From NCBI RefSeq assembly GCF_000039765.1, contig NC_004460.2, positions 630,001-662,000 on the forward strand: DNA of 32,000 nt, read 5' to 3'. How positions within the stretch are numbered: the stretch's first letter is position 1; each line of letters opens with the position of its first letter. The translations under genes and the position numbers were made by a program. Positions 8,187 through 18,033 of the stretch are shown here, one piece after another. The notes beneath the pieces were generated by a model. It was given only the letters and a program-made list of their open reading frames with translations. It did not search any database and was not told the DNA's origin. This DNA comes from Vibrio vulnificus CMCP6. GTDB lineage: Bacteria > Pseudomonadota > Gammaproteobacteria > Enterobacterales > Vibrionaceae.

Positions 8187-8792
8187 ATGAGTGAAGCGAT
8201 TAAAATCACCCTGTACCGTTGGGCGGGAAGTTGGGGACCATTTAAAGTCAACATCCCATGTGGTGAGTGTACGTTAACCAAAGATATCTTAACCGATACG
8301 TTTGCCAATGAACTTAACGGTATTCCTGTTGAATTGGAAGTCAAAGACTGGCTTTCTCACTGGTGGGAGCCGTTAAAGCTCGGCGCTTGGCATGCGCCTA
8401 TTTTGGTGGTTGAAGGCAAAGTGATTAGCCAAGGTGAAGCCCTTAACCGTGGCGTGCTCATTCAATCTGTGATCAAAGAGTGGACAAAGCGCGACACCCT
8501 TAAAGGGAATATTGTTTTTGGTAAAGCGACCTGCCCTTACTGTGTAAAAGCCAAGCAGCTTTTGGATTCGGCGGGCATTCACTACCAATATCACGATGTC
8601 GTCAAAGAAAGCGCCGCGCTGTATCGTATGATTCCAGAAGTCAAAGCCATTATTGGCGAAAAAACGCCCGTCACCGTACCACAAATTTGGTTAGATGGTT
8701 CGTACATTGGGGGTTGCGACAAGCTGGAAGTCTATCTTAAAGAGCGTGGGCTTGATGTCGTTCCGAACAATGTGGTGGAGATGGCAAACTGA
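8187..8792 (+). CDS. Glutaredoxin-domain protein with an additional N-terminal CGEC-containing region
   Basis: 201 aa; C-terminal GKATCPYCVKAKQLLD...VPQIWLDGSYIGGCDKL is a glutaredoxin; N-terminal half has CGEC and HAPILVVEGKVISQG. Confidence 0.85.
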   Translation: MSEAIKITLYRWAGSWGPFKVNIPCGECTLTKDILTDTFANELNGIPVELEVKDWLSHWWEPLKLGAWHAPILVVEGKVISQGEALNRGVLIQSVIKEWTKRDTLKGNIVFGKATCPYCVKAKQLLDSAGIHYQYHDVVKESAALYRMIPEVKAIIGEKTPVTVPQIWLDGSYIGGCDKLEVYLKERGLDVVPNNVVEMAN

Positions 8793-8820
8793 TTAAGTTG
8801 ACCATAGATAAGCAGATAAG

Positions 8821-8847
8821 AAAAAACCTGGCGATGCCAGGTTTTTT
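8821..8847 (+). terminator. Rho-independent terminator of the glutaredoxin gene
   Basis: AAAAAACCTGGC-GAT-GCCAGGTTTTTT. Confidence 0.85.
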
Positions 8848-8885
8848 TTGAAACTTTACTACAAAATAACGCTTTAAGCTTGCTG

Positions 8886-9020
8886 TTATTTTGCCATTTT
8901 CTTTAGCATGCGGCTGATAAATGACGCTTTCTTCTTCGCTGTCTTGCCATACATAGCTTTGTGCATTGCGTCTTTTGCCATCATTTGACCGATGTAAGCA
9001 CCGCCTAATTCATAACCCAT
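8886..9020 (-). CDS. Small basic protein, 44 aa, function unknown
   Basis: Reverse-strand ATG...TAA: MGYELGGAYIGQMMAKDAMHKAMYGKTAKKKASFISRMLKKMAK; below the track's size cutoff; ATG preceded by a GGAGA ribosome-binding-like motif. Confidence 0.55.
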   Translation of the reverse strand: MGYELGGAYIGQMMAKDAMHKAMYGKTAKKKASFISRMLKKMAK

Positions 9021-9154
9021 CTTGATTCTCCAATGTTTTCTCTTCTGTTTTCATGTGTAATATTACTACAAAACCATCAGATAACAAGACGAAGATCACG
9101 TTTATTTGGTAATTTTATTTCATGAAAAGATAAAAAACATTTATCACGAAAACA

Positions 9155-9183
9155 AAAAAACGGCAGTAACATTGCCGTTTTTT
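9155..9183 (-). terminator. Intrinsic terminator for the 9214-9564 gene
   Basis: AAAAAACGGCA-GTAACAT-TGCCGTTTTTT, 11-bp stem flanked by A/T runs. Confidence 0.7.
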
Positions 9184-9213
9184 GAGCGTTCTAAAAAAGC
9201 GATTCCGCTAGCG

Positions 9214-9564
9214 TTAGCTACGCTTCGGTTGCTGATAGGTTTTTCCTGCAGCTTGGTAGGTCTCTTTGGCCTTGATCTCGAACATGACATCAAAGAACCA
9301 AGCGGCAAACTTCACCAAGTGCTCACCTTCGTTCATTACATGCTCAACGTATTCCGTCTCTTCACCTGCTTCGTTTTCTTGTAACGTCACGTGATAGATT
9401 CGTTTTTCGCCATCCACTTCTGCCAAAGCAAATTGCCCTGAAAGCGATGCTGCCGCTTCTGCAACTTCCTCATCGTCACACGCTTTTAGAAGCTCTAGTG
9501 CTTTAGGTAAGTTCTCTTGCTGGCAAACCTGCTTAACCAACTGTTCAAATTCATTTTGTTGCAT
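9214..9564 (-). CDS. Hypothetical acidic protein, 116 aa
   Basis: Intact ORF MQQNEFEQLVKQVCQQENLPKALELLKACDDEEVAEAAA... with its own terminator downstream. Confidence 0.7.
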   Translation of the reverse strand: MQQNEFEQLVKQVCQQENLPKALELLKACDDEEVAEAAASLSGQFALAEVDGEKRIYHVTLQENEAGEETEYVEHVMNEGEHLVKFAAWFFDVMFEIKAKETYQAAGKTYQQPKRS

Positions 9565-9622
9565 GGGTAACCCTCATTAACTGCTGCGCGGCATTGTAGT
9601 GACGGGGGGTGAGATAATCAAG

Positions 9623-10816
9623 TTAGACTTTCTGTACCTCCGGCGTCGTCATCACTTTGCCCTTGAGCAGCAACACCGCAAAACATCCCATCGCAACTAG
9701 AATATAAAACAATCCTAATTGAGCCTGAGTTCGAACGCAGTGTTCAACCAAAAATCCACCGAGCAGAGCTGCCATTACCATCTGCACTGAGCCAGACAAC
9801 GCAGAAACAGATCCCGCATTTTGCTTGTGAGGGGCAAGGAGCAAGCTGATCGACAGAGGGAATGACATTCCTTGAGCAAAACTCATCACGGTAAAGGCAG
9901 CGATCAAGCTAACGCTACTAAAAGGCGCCCAAATGAGCCCACAACCAGACAGAGCCACAAGAACAAAACTGGCGGCAAGCAGCCTCTTCACCTCGAAATA
10001 GCGTAACAAGACATTGACTGTAACACTACCAAGCAAAAGACCAGCAGATGGAATGATCATCATGCTGCCATAATCAGCAGCAGAAAATCCAAGCTCTCCT
10101 TGCATCATGAAAGGGAATACCGAGAGCGAAACAAGGCTAACAAGGTAGCTCATCCAGTTAAAACTGGCACTGCCGATCACTTGCGGATTAGTCGCCAAAG
10201 TGCGATAAGTCGCCAACACGGTTAAAGGACGAAAACGTCTCTTGGCGTAAGGCAAGGTTTCTGGCAACACAAAATAGCCCAACGTAAATATCGCCAATAA
10301 GTAGCACAACACAAAAACGAACACCGCTTGCCAACTGACATGAAAGGCGATCCAGCCGCCAAAAACCGGGGCAATGATCGGCATGATCGATGCGGTAATC
10401 GAAATATAAGAGAGCGCTTTGGTCAATTGTGCCCCTTCGTAGCTGTCTCGCAATACAGAACGCCCCAACACCGATGCGCTACCCGCCCCTAATCCTTGCA
10501 ACAATCGACCTAACTCTAACGCTTCAATACTGGATGAAAACGCGATACAGATGACAGTGCCAACTAAGTAGATCCCTTGGCCAAGAATGAAAACTGGACG
10601 TCGACCAATCGCATCAGACAAAGGGCCATAAAAGAGTTGTGATGCACCAAAGCCAACAAGAAAGAAAGTCACGACATTTTGTACGTCAGCTTGTGTCAAT
10701 CCGAGATCGTGACTAATAAGGGGAAGAGACGGTAAATAAATGGCCACGCCCACTTGCCCTGTCGCGATGATCATCATCGCTAAAAGCAATGGCATTTTTT
10801 GTAACGACTTCAGCAT
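9623..10816 (-). CDS. MFS drug-resistance transporter, Bcr/CflA family (EmrD-like)
   Basis: 397 aa with VAIYLPSLPLISHDLGLTQADVQNVVTFFLVGFGASQLFYGPLSDAIGRRPV. Confidence 0.88.
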   Translation of the reverse strand: MLKSLQKMPLLLAMMIIATGQVGVAIYLPSLPLISHDLGLTQADVQNVVTFFLVGFGASQLFYGPLSDAIGRRPVFILGQGIYLVGTVICIAFSSSIEALELGRLLQGLGAGSASVLGRSVLRDSYEGAQLTKALSYISITASIMPIIAPVFGGWIAFHVSWQAVFVFVLCYLLAIFTLGYFVLPETLPYAKRRFRPLTVLATYRTLATNPQVIGSASFNWMSYLVSLVSLSVFPFMMQGELGFSAADYGSMMIIPSAGLLLGSVTVNVLLRYFEVKRLLAASFVLVALSGCGLIWAPFSSVSLIAAFTVMSFAQGMSFPLSISLLLAPHKQNAGSVSALSGSVQMVMAALLGGFLVEHCVRTQAQLGLFYILVAMGCFAVLLLKGKVMTTPEVQKV

Positions 10817-10919
10817 TCCCCTCTCCTCTCTTACATCAAATTATTTACAGTTTATATTGGCCTTTGATTGATGATAATCTCCCCAATCGGAAAGAGATTA
10901 ATTCCCTAAAGGAAAGAAT

Positions 10920-11807
10920 ATGGATTGGTTTCAAAGCGTAAACAGCTACATCAGAGTGGTGGAAGAAGGCAGTTTTAACGCGGCAGCGCGTAAAATGAAC
11001 ACCACCAGTTCCGCCATCAGCAAGCGGATACAGTGGTTAGAGGAGAAAATTGGTGTTCAGTTGCTTAAGCGCACCACACGATCCATCAGCCAAACCGAAG
11101 CGGGCGCTCTGTTTTATCAGCGCGCAAAGTTGCAACTCGATGGCTGGCAATCGGTTTTAGATGAGACGCGATCCGTCAACCTAAGCCCAGCTGGATTACT
11201 GAAAATTGGCGCAACCCTTGCCGTCGGATCTAAGTTCTTAGTTCACTATCTGGATGATTTTCTAGAAAAATACCCAGATATTAAAATCCAGCTCTTTACC
11301 ACATTACCAGGGCAACTGCCTGAGCTGAGCCTAGATCTTTTTATCAGCCGAGAGTTGGAACAGCTGAACTCCCTGAGCTTTAAAGCAACCGCGCTTTTTG
11401 AACATAAAGCGACGTTTTTTGCGGCCCCCAGCTATATTGAAAAATACGGTATGCCGGAGAACGCAGAGCAGTTGGTGAATCACAATATCCTGATCTGGGG
11501 AGAAAAGCCGAGTCGAGAACTGAAACTCAACAATGGTAAACGCATGACTTTGCGTGGCAACTTCTCGACAACCAATCCAGAAGCGCTTTTCCACGGTGCA
11601 AAACGAGGCATGGGCATTCTGCTCAGTAATAACGTGATGATCAAAGAAGAGCTGCGTACTGGCGCTTTGGTTCCTGTTCTGCCAAACGTGCACGCAGACG
11701 AAGCCACCGTTTACGCTTACTACCCCAAACTGGACTATCAGCACACAAGAACAAAACTGTTTTTGGATTACCTTAAAGAGCGGCTACAGCAAGAAAAGTC
11801 CGTATAG
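10920..11807 (+). CDS. LysR-family transcriptional regulator
   Basis: 295 aa with N-terminal HTH YIRVVEEGSFNAAARKMNTTSSAISKRIQWLEEKIGVQLLKRTTRSISQTEAG; divergent from the MFS gene. Confidence 0.93.
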   Translation: MDWFQSVNSYIRVVEEGSFNAAARKMNTTSSAISKRIQWLEEKIGVQLLKRTTRSISQTEAGALFYQRAKLQLDGWQSVLDETRSVNLSPAGLLKIGATLAVGSKFLVHYLDDFLEKYPDIKIQLFTTLPGQLPELSLDLFISRELEQLNSLSFKATALFEHKATFFAAPSYIEKYGMPENAEQLVNHNILIWGEKPSRELKLNNGKRMTLRGNFSTTNPEALFHGAKRGMGILLSNNVMIKEELRTGALVPVLPNVHADEATVYAYYPKLDYQHTRTKLFLDYLKERLQQEKSV

Positions 11808-11998
11808 AGCAAAAAAGTGCTAACTCTTTCTGCTCAGTAACTGGCTATGAGATAACACTTTCCTAGCAAATCTGATTTTTCTTCATTGCAAACTTCTACT
11901 ACCTGAACGATATTTAACGTGATGCATATCTAGATTGTTTTCGCAACGTTATGCAACAAAAGTGTCACTATTATAATAATCAGGTAGAGAAACGTCAG

Positions 11999-13840
11999 AT
12001 GAATGATTCAACGCTCCAAGCTTGCATCGATTTAGATGAGCTTATTCATACTCTATCTCTCGACGGTAGCGAGCTGCTCAATCAAGTTACGCTCAAGCTG
12101 CATTCCACTTTAAGCTCGTACTGCACCTGTATCGTAGAGATAGATCTGCACCACAACCATGCCAATACCTTGGCTTATGCAAAAGAGGGAAGCAACGTTA
12201 ACGCTGCGCGTTATAGCTTAGAAAATACGCCATTTGAACGCATCGCTCTCAAGGTGATCGAGCACTGTCATCTGATTCAAGACAACGTCCCTGACAGCTA
12301 TTTCTCACTAGAAGAAGGGCTAGAATTTACCGAAGCGGGCGTGCATGCGTTTGTCGGCATTCCACTGCGCGGCCATAATGGCGATATTTTGGGTATTCTG
12401 GTTTCCACATTTGGATTTAAACCTCACGACCCTCAGTTAATACTCAAATATCACCGCATATACGCCAACATCATTATTCACGGTTTACGAGAAAAGTGGC
12501 TAAGTGATCGCTCTGATCAGTTGGTGAATCAACTCAGTTACGAAGTCTCACACGATAATTTGACCGGATTACTTAACCGCAGTTGCCTTTCGGATACCTT
12601 GGAAACCCTTACCCAGCAATCCGATCGCCCATTTAGCCTCGTTTGCATCGATATCGATAACTTCAAATTAATCAACGACATTCACGGCACCTACATTGGT
12701 GACCAAATCATCAAGTTTACTGCGCATGCCATTCAATCCGCACTGCCCACCCCTGCCTTGGCGTACCGAGTGGCGGGTGATGAGTTTGCTTTTATCACTT
12801 ATTCCGAAACGCCAGAGGAGGTGTGCGAGCACATACTGAATAAGATTGCGTTTGGCTATCAAGACAACGCCAATCACGTTCGATTTGACATCAGCATCGG
12901 CATCGCCAAAGCAAGCCAACGTCTTATTACGAGTGATGAGTTATTTCTCAACGCCAGCCTTGCGATGAAAGAGTGTAAAAAGCACCCTAACAATCGTATT
13001 CGCTGCTATGACACCCATTTAAGCGCGCTATACCATCGAAAAACACAGTTAATCGAAGCCATACGCGAGCAACTGGCGAAGCCTATCGATGAGGTAACAG
13101 AGATTTACGTGGCGATTCAGCCGATCGTCAACGTGCATAAACCACGTTGGGATTATTTTGAAGTGTTGGCGCGTTGGGACAGTGCCGAATATGGCTCAAT
13201 TTCGCCCGTTGAGTTTATTGATGCCGCCGAGCAATCAGGGCTCATTGTTCAGTTAGGAGAGCGGATCATCGAGCTCGCTTGCCGAGCAAAAAACTACTTG
13301 GAAGAATCGTTAGGTTATCGGGTGAAACTTGGCGTCAACTGTTCTGCGTATGAACTGAATGATGAAGAGCGATACCTTAATTACCTCAATAAGATGATGC
13401 AAAAGTATCATCTCGATCCCCGTGATTTCGTGATTGAACTTACAGAAACGGTGTTACTGACTCAAACGGGTAAAGAGCACATGGTGCTGGATGCACTAAG
13501 AGATCGCGGTTTCAAAGTGGCACTCGACGATTTCGGCACGGGTTACTCAAGCTTGAATTACATTCACAGCTACCCCATCGACACGATAAAAATCGACGCC
13601 AGCTTTATACGTAATATGCTTTGTAACGACACCGCTGAGCGCGTGGTGTGGCTTATCACACAACTGGCCTTACAACTTAAGGTGAATTTAGTCGCTGAAG
13701 GGGTTGAAGAAGAGCTGGCGTTGAAAAAATTGGTCGATATGGGATGCGAGCAGATCCAAGGCTATTACTATTCTCGTCCAATGAAACCAAGCCGAATCGT
13801 AGACAAACTGAGTGCCAAGCAGATCAAAAGCGCCTCTTAG
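11999..13840 (+). CDS. GAF-GGDEF-EAL protein (c-di-GMP turnover)
   Basis: The track ORF begins at 11951 but MNDSTLQACIDLDEL at 11999 is a plausible start; N-terminal GAF-like region, VAGDEF, and an EAL domain with EVL at the canonical EAL site. Confidence 0.9.
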   Translation: MNDSTLQACIDLDELIHTLSLDGSELLNQVTLKLHSTLSSYCTCIVEIDLHHNHANTLAYAKEGSNVNAARYSLENTPFERIALKVIEHCHLIQDNVPDSYFSLEEGLEFTEAGVHAFVGIPLRGHNGDILGILVSTFGFKPHDPQLILKYHRIYANIIIHGLREKWLSDRSDQLVNQLSYEVSHDNLTGLLNRSCLSDTLETLTQQSDRPFSLVCIDIDNFKLINDIHGTYIGDQIIKFTAHAIQSALPTPALAYRVAGDEFAFITYSETPEEVCEHILNKIAFGYQDNANHVRFDISIGIAKASQRLITSDELFLNASLAMKECKKHPNNRIRCYDTHLSALYHRKTQLIEAIREQLAKPIDEVTEIYVAIQPIVNVHKPRWDYFEVLARWDSAEYGSISPVEFIDAAEQSGLIVQLGERIIELACRAKNYLEESLGYRVKLGVNCSAYELNDEERYLNYLNKMMQKYHLDPRDFVIELTETVLLTQTGKEHMVLDALRDRGFKVALDDFGTGYSSLNYIHSYPIDTIKIDASFIRNMLCNDTAERVVWLITQLALQLKVNLVAEGVEEELALKKLVDMGCEQIQGYYYSRPMKPSRIVDKLSAKQIKSAS

Positions 13841-13897
13841 CTTGCCTTATTCAACCGCTGGCGAACTCGCAACAGGGCTATGAAAACAGAGTTGTGA

Positions 13898-13923
13898 AAA
13901 AGGGACGATATTTCGTCCCTTTT
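13898..13923. terminator. Bidirectional intrinsic terminator between the EAL gene and the convergent ridA-like gene
   Basis: AAAAGGGACGA-TATT-TCGTCCCTTTT. Confidence 0.8.
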
Positions 13924-13974
13924 CTCATGGAGAAACCTTTGTGGATTTCGCCTTGCTAAGTCAGCACTCAGCGA

Positions 13975-14337
13975 TTATTGAAATGCTTCACCCGCTGCCG
14001 CGACAAAGGTCATTTCAACCAAGTAGTCTGGGTCAGCAAGCTCTGCTTTGACACAAGCACGGCTTGGTGCACAGCCTTCAGGAAACCAGTTGTCCCATAC
14101 TTCATTGAGCGCATCAAAGTTGGCAAAATCAGTCACATAAATGGTCACCGAAAGAATACGCGAGCGATCACTGCCGATTTTCGCCAATTGCGCTTCTGCT
14201 TGAGCAAAAATCTGCTCCACTTGGCCTTTCATGTCCGCGTTGGTATCACTGTCAGCCACTTCCACAAAATGCGCAATGCCATTGAAGACGGTAATATCAG
14301 ACCAGCGTTTACATGGGTTAATGCGGTGAATTGTCAT
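13975..14337 (-). CDS. RidA/YjgF family protein (paralog 1)
   Basis: 120 aa; NADMKGQVEQIFAQAEAQLAKIGSDRSRILSVTIYVTDFANFDALNEVWDNWFPEGCAPSRACVKAEL. Confidence 0.88.
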   Translation of the reverse strand: MTIHRINPCKRWSDITVFNGIAHFVEVADSDTNADMKGQVEQIFAQAEAQLAKIGSDRSRILSVTIYVTDFANFDALNEVWDNWFPEGCAPSRACVKAELADPDYLVEMTFVAAAGEAFQ

Positions 14338-14363
14338 CGTATTTTCTCTTTATCAGATTGATT

Positions 14364-15404
14364 TTATTTAAAGGGTTCTTGATGCTCGACTAAGCAAACC
14401 GGGCTACCAATTTGGCAGCTGAAGCCCGTTGCGGTTAATCGGCCCGTGTGGCGGTCGCGACGATAGCTGACCACATTATGGCTATGCTGGTTCGCCACCA
14501 GCAACCATTTGCCATTGCGCGACAACACAAAGTCTCGCGGAAAATCTCCAAGAGAATCCACCGCCTCTAACCATTTAGGCTCGCTTTGGCTAACATCAAA
14601 AACCGTGATTTTATTTTGTCGGCGGCAGGATGCATAGAGAAATTGCTCATCGGAAGACAATCGAATGGCAGAAGCCGCAGCGCCATTTTCTTCACCCGGC
14701 AGCAAAGGTTGCTCTGAAACCATCGCCCAACGTTCGTTTGCTCGTTCTAGCGTCAGCAAAGTTTCGGTCAATTCGCACAGCAAATAGGCACGAGTTTCCG
14801 CCTGATTAAAGACTAGGTGACGAGGGCCGGTGCCTGCAGGAAGTTTAAGTGACTGATGCAAAGTAAAGGCTTGCTGCTGATCATTAATTTGATAGAAATG
14901 CACCTGATCGGTACCCAAATCCACCACAGCTAAAAAAGGGCTATGGCGTAGAAACGTCGCTTGGTGCGCGTGTGGTGATGTTTGTCGCTCTCGATTTGGG
15001 CCATCACCTTCCACATAAAGCTCAGCAATGCACTCTGACGGCGCACCTAACACATCGAGCGTATATATGGAGGTGTTGCCTGAACCATAATTTGCGACGG
15101 CACAAAACGTCTGGGTCGGGTCAATATCTAAATGACAAGGGTAGCTACCGTTGATCGCCATTGCGCTACTGTCGACACAACCAAGTTGCATCAACTGTGG
15201 GTTCTCTTCAACCGCCACTTCATTGAAGGTATATAAGCCTCGCGAAGTTTGTGTGAGATAAGACGGATTGCGTAGCGTCGCCAGCTCGTTAAATGGGATC
15301 AACTCACCCGTTTCAGTATTGAGTTCCAGTTGAGCCACGCCGTCACTCATACTGGGTTCATCGGTATAGGTGCCAACGTAAAAATGTAAGATACCTTGTG
15401 TCAT
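14364..15404 (-). CDS. Lactonase family protein (beta-propeller, 6-phosphogluconolactonase-like fold)
   Basis: 346 aa; FYVGTYTDEPSMSDGVAQLELNTETGEL..., NYGSGNTSIYTLD, GPRHLVFN, SRRQNKITVFDV. Confidence 0.85.
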   Translation of the reverse strand: MTQGILHFYVGTYTDEPSMSDGVAQLELNTETGELIPFNELATLRNPSYLTQTSRGLYTFNEVAVEENPQLMQLGCVDSSAMAINGSYPCHLDIDPTQTFCAVANYGSGNTSIYTLDVLGAPSECIAELYVEGDGPNRERQTSPHAHQATFLRHSPFLAVVDLGTDQVHFYQINDQQQAFTLHQSLKLPAGTGPRHLVFNQAETRAYLLCELTETLLTLERANERWAMVSEQPLLPGEENGAAASAIRLSSDEQFLYASCRRQNKITVFDVSQSEPKWLEAVDSLGDFPRDFVLSRNGKWLLVANQHSHNVVSYRRDRHTGRLTATGFSCQIGSPVCLVEHQEPFK

Positions 15405-15482
15405 TCTTTTTGCGCTTCCTTTGCGTTAAGCCATCTTGTTACCTTGCCGCCTGTCGTCACAGGCGGCAACGGCTTTTCTACA

Positions 15483-17954
15483 CTAAGGTGCAATTTTGTG
15501 AAGTAGCTGCTCGGTTGGTCTTACTATCGCCACAATGGTTTCATCAAAAATGACCGCATTCTTATCCAATATCGCTTGATAAGTCGCTCGCTCAGCAGCT
15601 GAAAGCACTTGTCCCTGTTGCGCTTTTTCCACCAACTCAAGACCCAGCTCTGCTAACGCTATGGTTGCCTCTGCGATCGCCACACTCTCACGTGAGGCCA
15701 CATTGGCAGCAAAAATCCCACGAGATTGGCGCGCCGCACCTTTCACCGCCTGATAATGCTCAGAAAGCTCCTCAAGCGCCTGCTTGCTTTGCGGACTTTG
15801 CGCATTGCCATTTGGCTGATAGCCACGCACCCACGCTTCCATGTCATACACCGCATAGCTTTCTACCACGAGGGCATCGGCGAACCGATTTAAGCGTTCA
15901 TATTGGTTGTACAAATCCCCTTTGTTTGGCGTAGAAATCCATTTCTCCCAGTGCCTCGCATAATATTGTGCAGGCTCCGTGTATTTGGCTAACGTGATGA
16001 GCGGCGCAACATCTGCCCCATTGGCTAAACGCTGAAGCATCATCCGAGCATCCGCATGATGACGCAGGCCAAGAGAAATTTCCGACCAACTATCCAGCGC
16101 GCGCATTCGACGGTACATACTGGCTTCATCAGTGAGCGATTCACTTGACCAAAGTCGTTCGGCAATCGCATAGCTGCGTGGCCATAAGCGCTGTTCTATG
16201 GTCATCGAATCGAGATTTTCACCCCAAATGGTCACTTCACCACCGAGGATCAATGGCTCCTCTTGTTTGGTCAGTTGAGCAGGATAACCGCCATTGGGTT
16301 GCGGAATGCTCGTCACTTCTCTCTCGCTAGAGGCCACCAAATTGCCAGTTGCTGGCCAACGCACATTGCCAATACGCTGATAGCTGCCTTCTTTTAGTTG
16401 ATCACCAGCAAACTGATAATTGAATTCAGTGTAGGACATGAAGTTGTCAAAATGGCCACGGAATAGCACTCCGGGGACGTATTCCAATACATACACTTCT
16501 TCACGCGATTTACCATTGTAATCGGTAAATGCACGCACTTTGCCGTCAGCACCCTCGATGATGGTGAGATTCCCTTTGCGCGGGCCTCCTTTATTGCGAG
16601 GCTTCACCCAATCGTAGGTGACAAATTTTTCCCCTTGATGCAGTTGATCATCGACGGTGATCCCCTTCGGCATCGGGTCATTACGATAATGGTAGCTGGT
16701 GGGTTGAGGCTGATCGAGATAATAACCCGTCGACAAAATGCCTTGATAGCCCTCTTTGGCCGCTCGGCCAATACTGTCATGCCCCTGCCAACTCTGAATC
16801 ACCACCGATTTCGGCAGATCTTTATGCCAAATTTCATCCCAGCCTGTGATTTTCTTGCCGCGCTGGTTCAGCATCTGCTCGACTCGGCTATTCAGGTACG
16901 ATTGCAGCCCTCGTTCGCCGTCCAATTGATGCTGTTTGATAAACGCTTGGATTTTCGGGTTGTCACGCCACTGTTGATAGTTCGGCTCATCCCCGCCGAT
17001 GTGAAAATACTCATCTGGGAAGAGCTCGACCACTTCATCGAATACGCTTGCCAACATGGTGTAGAGTTCTGGATTGGTTGGGTCCATCAAAGGTTCAAAC
17101 ACACCCCAACCACGCTGCTGAGGGTAAGACTGTTCACCAAGGCCAGACATCAATTCCGGATAGGCGTGCGCGACCGCCGAAGCATGGCCAGGCAGCGAGA
17201 TTTCAGGGATCACACGAATACCAAGATTACGCGCGTACTCAACCACTTGGCGAATTTCATCTTTGCTGTAGAAATCACCATCCGCGGTGGCTTGCCATAA
17301 GCGAGGGTAGTTTTCCAGTTGAATACGAATGCCTTGGTCATCCCAGATATGCCAGTGGAAGACGTTCATTTTCGCTGAGGCCATGGCATCCAATTGGCGC
17401 AAAATCACCGGCAGTTCGATGTAATGACGCGCAGTATCGTACGACACCCCACGCCATTTAAAACGCGGCGCATCAGAGATAGCAACGGCGGGAACGAAGT
17501 AGCCATTGGCATCCGTCGAAACCAGTTGCAGTAAGGTTTCTAAGCCATGAAACGCGCCATAAGGCTCAGTGGATGAAAGCAAAATCTTGCCATTTGCAAC
17601 CTTCAATTGGTATGACTCATCGCTGTCGATATTTTGCACCGCACTGCTTGGGGCACGTTGAATATCTATCACCAACGTTGCTTCTTGTTCGGATTTTGCC
17701 TGCCAATTCAGCATCGGCAAGCCAGTTTGTCGATAGAGCCGCTCCATGGTGCGCTTAACGTTAAACGCCACGCGCGGTGAGTCGTAACCTTTGATATAAA
17801 TACTGAACGCTTTATCCAGCGTCACCTTGCCTTCGCTTAACTCAACGTTTTGCGGGTAAGGCATTAAAACCAAATCGGTATTGGGAGCCATTGCCATCGT
17901 TATCGGTGCCATCAGTACGCCTGAAATCAGTAGAGCCAGTGTAGCTTTGTTCAT
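15483..17954 (-). CDS. Secreted beta-N-acetylhexosaminidase, glycoside hydrolase family 20
   Basis: 823 aa with signal peptide; FKWRGVSYDTARHYIELPVI..., MNVFHWHIWDDQGIRI, catalytic pair in FHIGGDEPNYQQW. Confidence 0.94.
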   Translation of the reverse strand: MNKATLALLISGVLMAPITMAMAPNTDLVLMPYPQNVELSEGKVTLDKAFSIYIKGYDSPRVAFNVKRTMERLYRQTGLPMLNWQAKSEQEATLVIDIQRAPSSAVQNIDSDESYQLKVANGKILLSSTEPYGAFHGLETLLQLVSTDANGYFVPAVAISDAPRFKWRGVSYDTARHYIELPVILRQLDAMASAKMNVFHWHIWDDQGIRIQLENYPRLWQATADGDFYSKDEIRQVVEYARNLGIRVIPEISLPGHASAVAHAYPELMSGLGEQSYPQQRGWGVFEPLMDPTNPELYTMLASVFDEVVELFPDEYFHIGGDEPNYQQWRDNPKIQAFIKQHQLDGERGLQSYLNSRVEQMLNQRGKKITGWDEIWHKDLPKSVVIQSWQGHDSIGRAAKEGYQGILSTGYYLDQPQPTSYHYRNDPMPKGITVDDQLHQGEKFVTYDWVKPRNKGGPRKGNLTIIEGADGKVRAFTDYNGKSREEVYVLEYVPGVLFRGHFDNFMSYTEFNYQFAGDQLKEGSYQRIGNVRWPATGNLVASSEREVTSIPQPNGGYPAQLTKQEEPLILGGEVTIWGENLDSMTIEQRLWPRSYAIAERLWSSESLTDEASMYRRMRALDSWSEISLGLRHHADARMMLQRLANGADVAPLITLAKYTEPAQYYARHWEKWISTPNKGDLYNQYERLNRFADALVVESYAVYDMEAWVRGYQPNGNAQSPQSKQALEELSEHYQAVKGAARQSRGIFAANVASRESVAIAEATIALAELGLELVEKAQQGQVLSAAERATYQAILDKNAVIFDETIVAIVRPTEQLLHKIAP

Positions 17955-18033
17955 CTTGAGGTTCCTGTGCTAACACGATGAGTTTCAGAGCAAGATCACT
18001 GAAACTCATCGAACAGAGATTAGAAGAGGGAGA

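Noticed and set aside
16635-17461. Large plus-strand ORFs (221 and 137 aa) opposite the GH20 gene
   Set aside because: Antisense shadow ORFs of a high-confidence coding gene in a GC-richer stretch; no protein family features.
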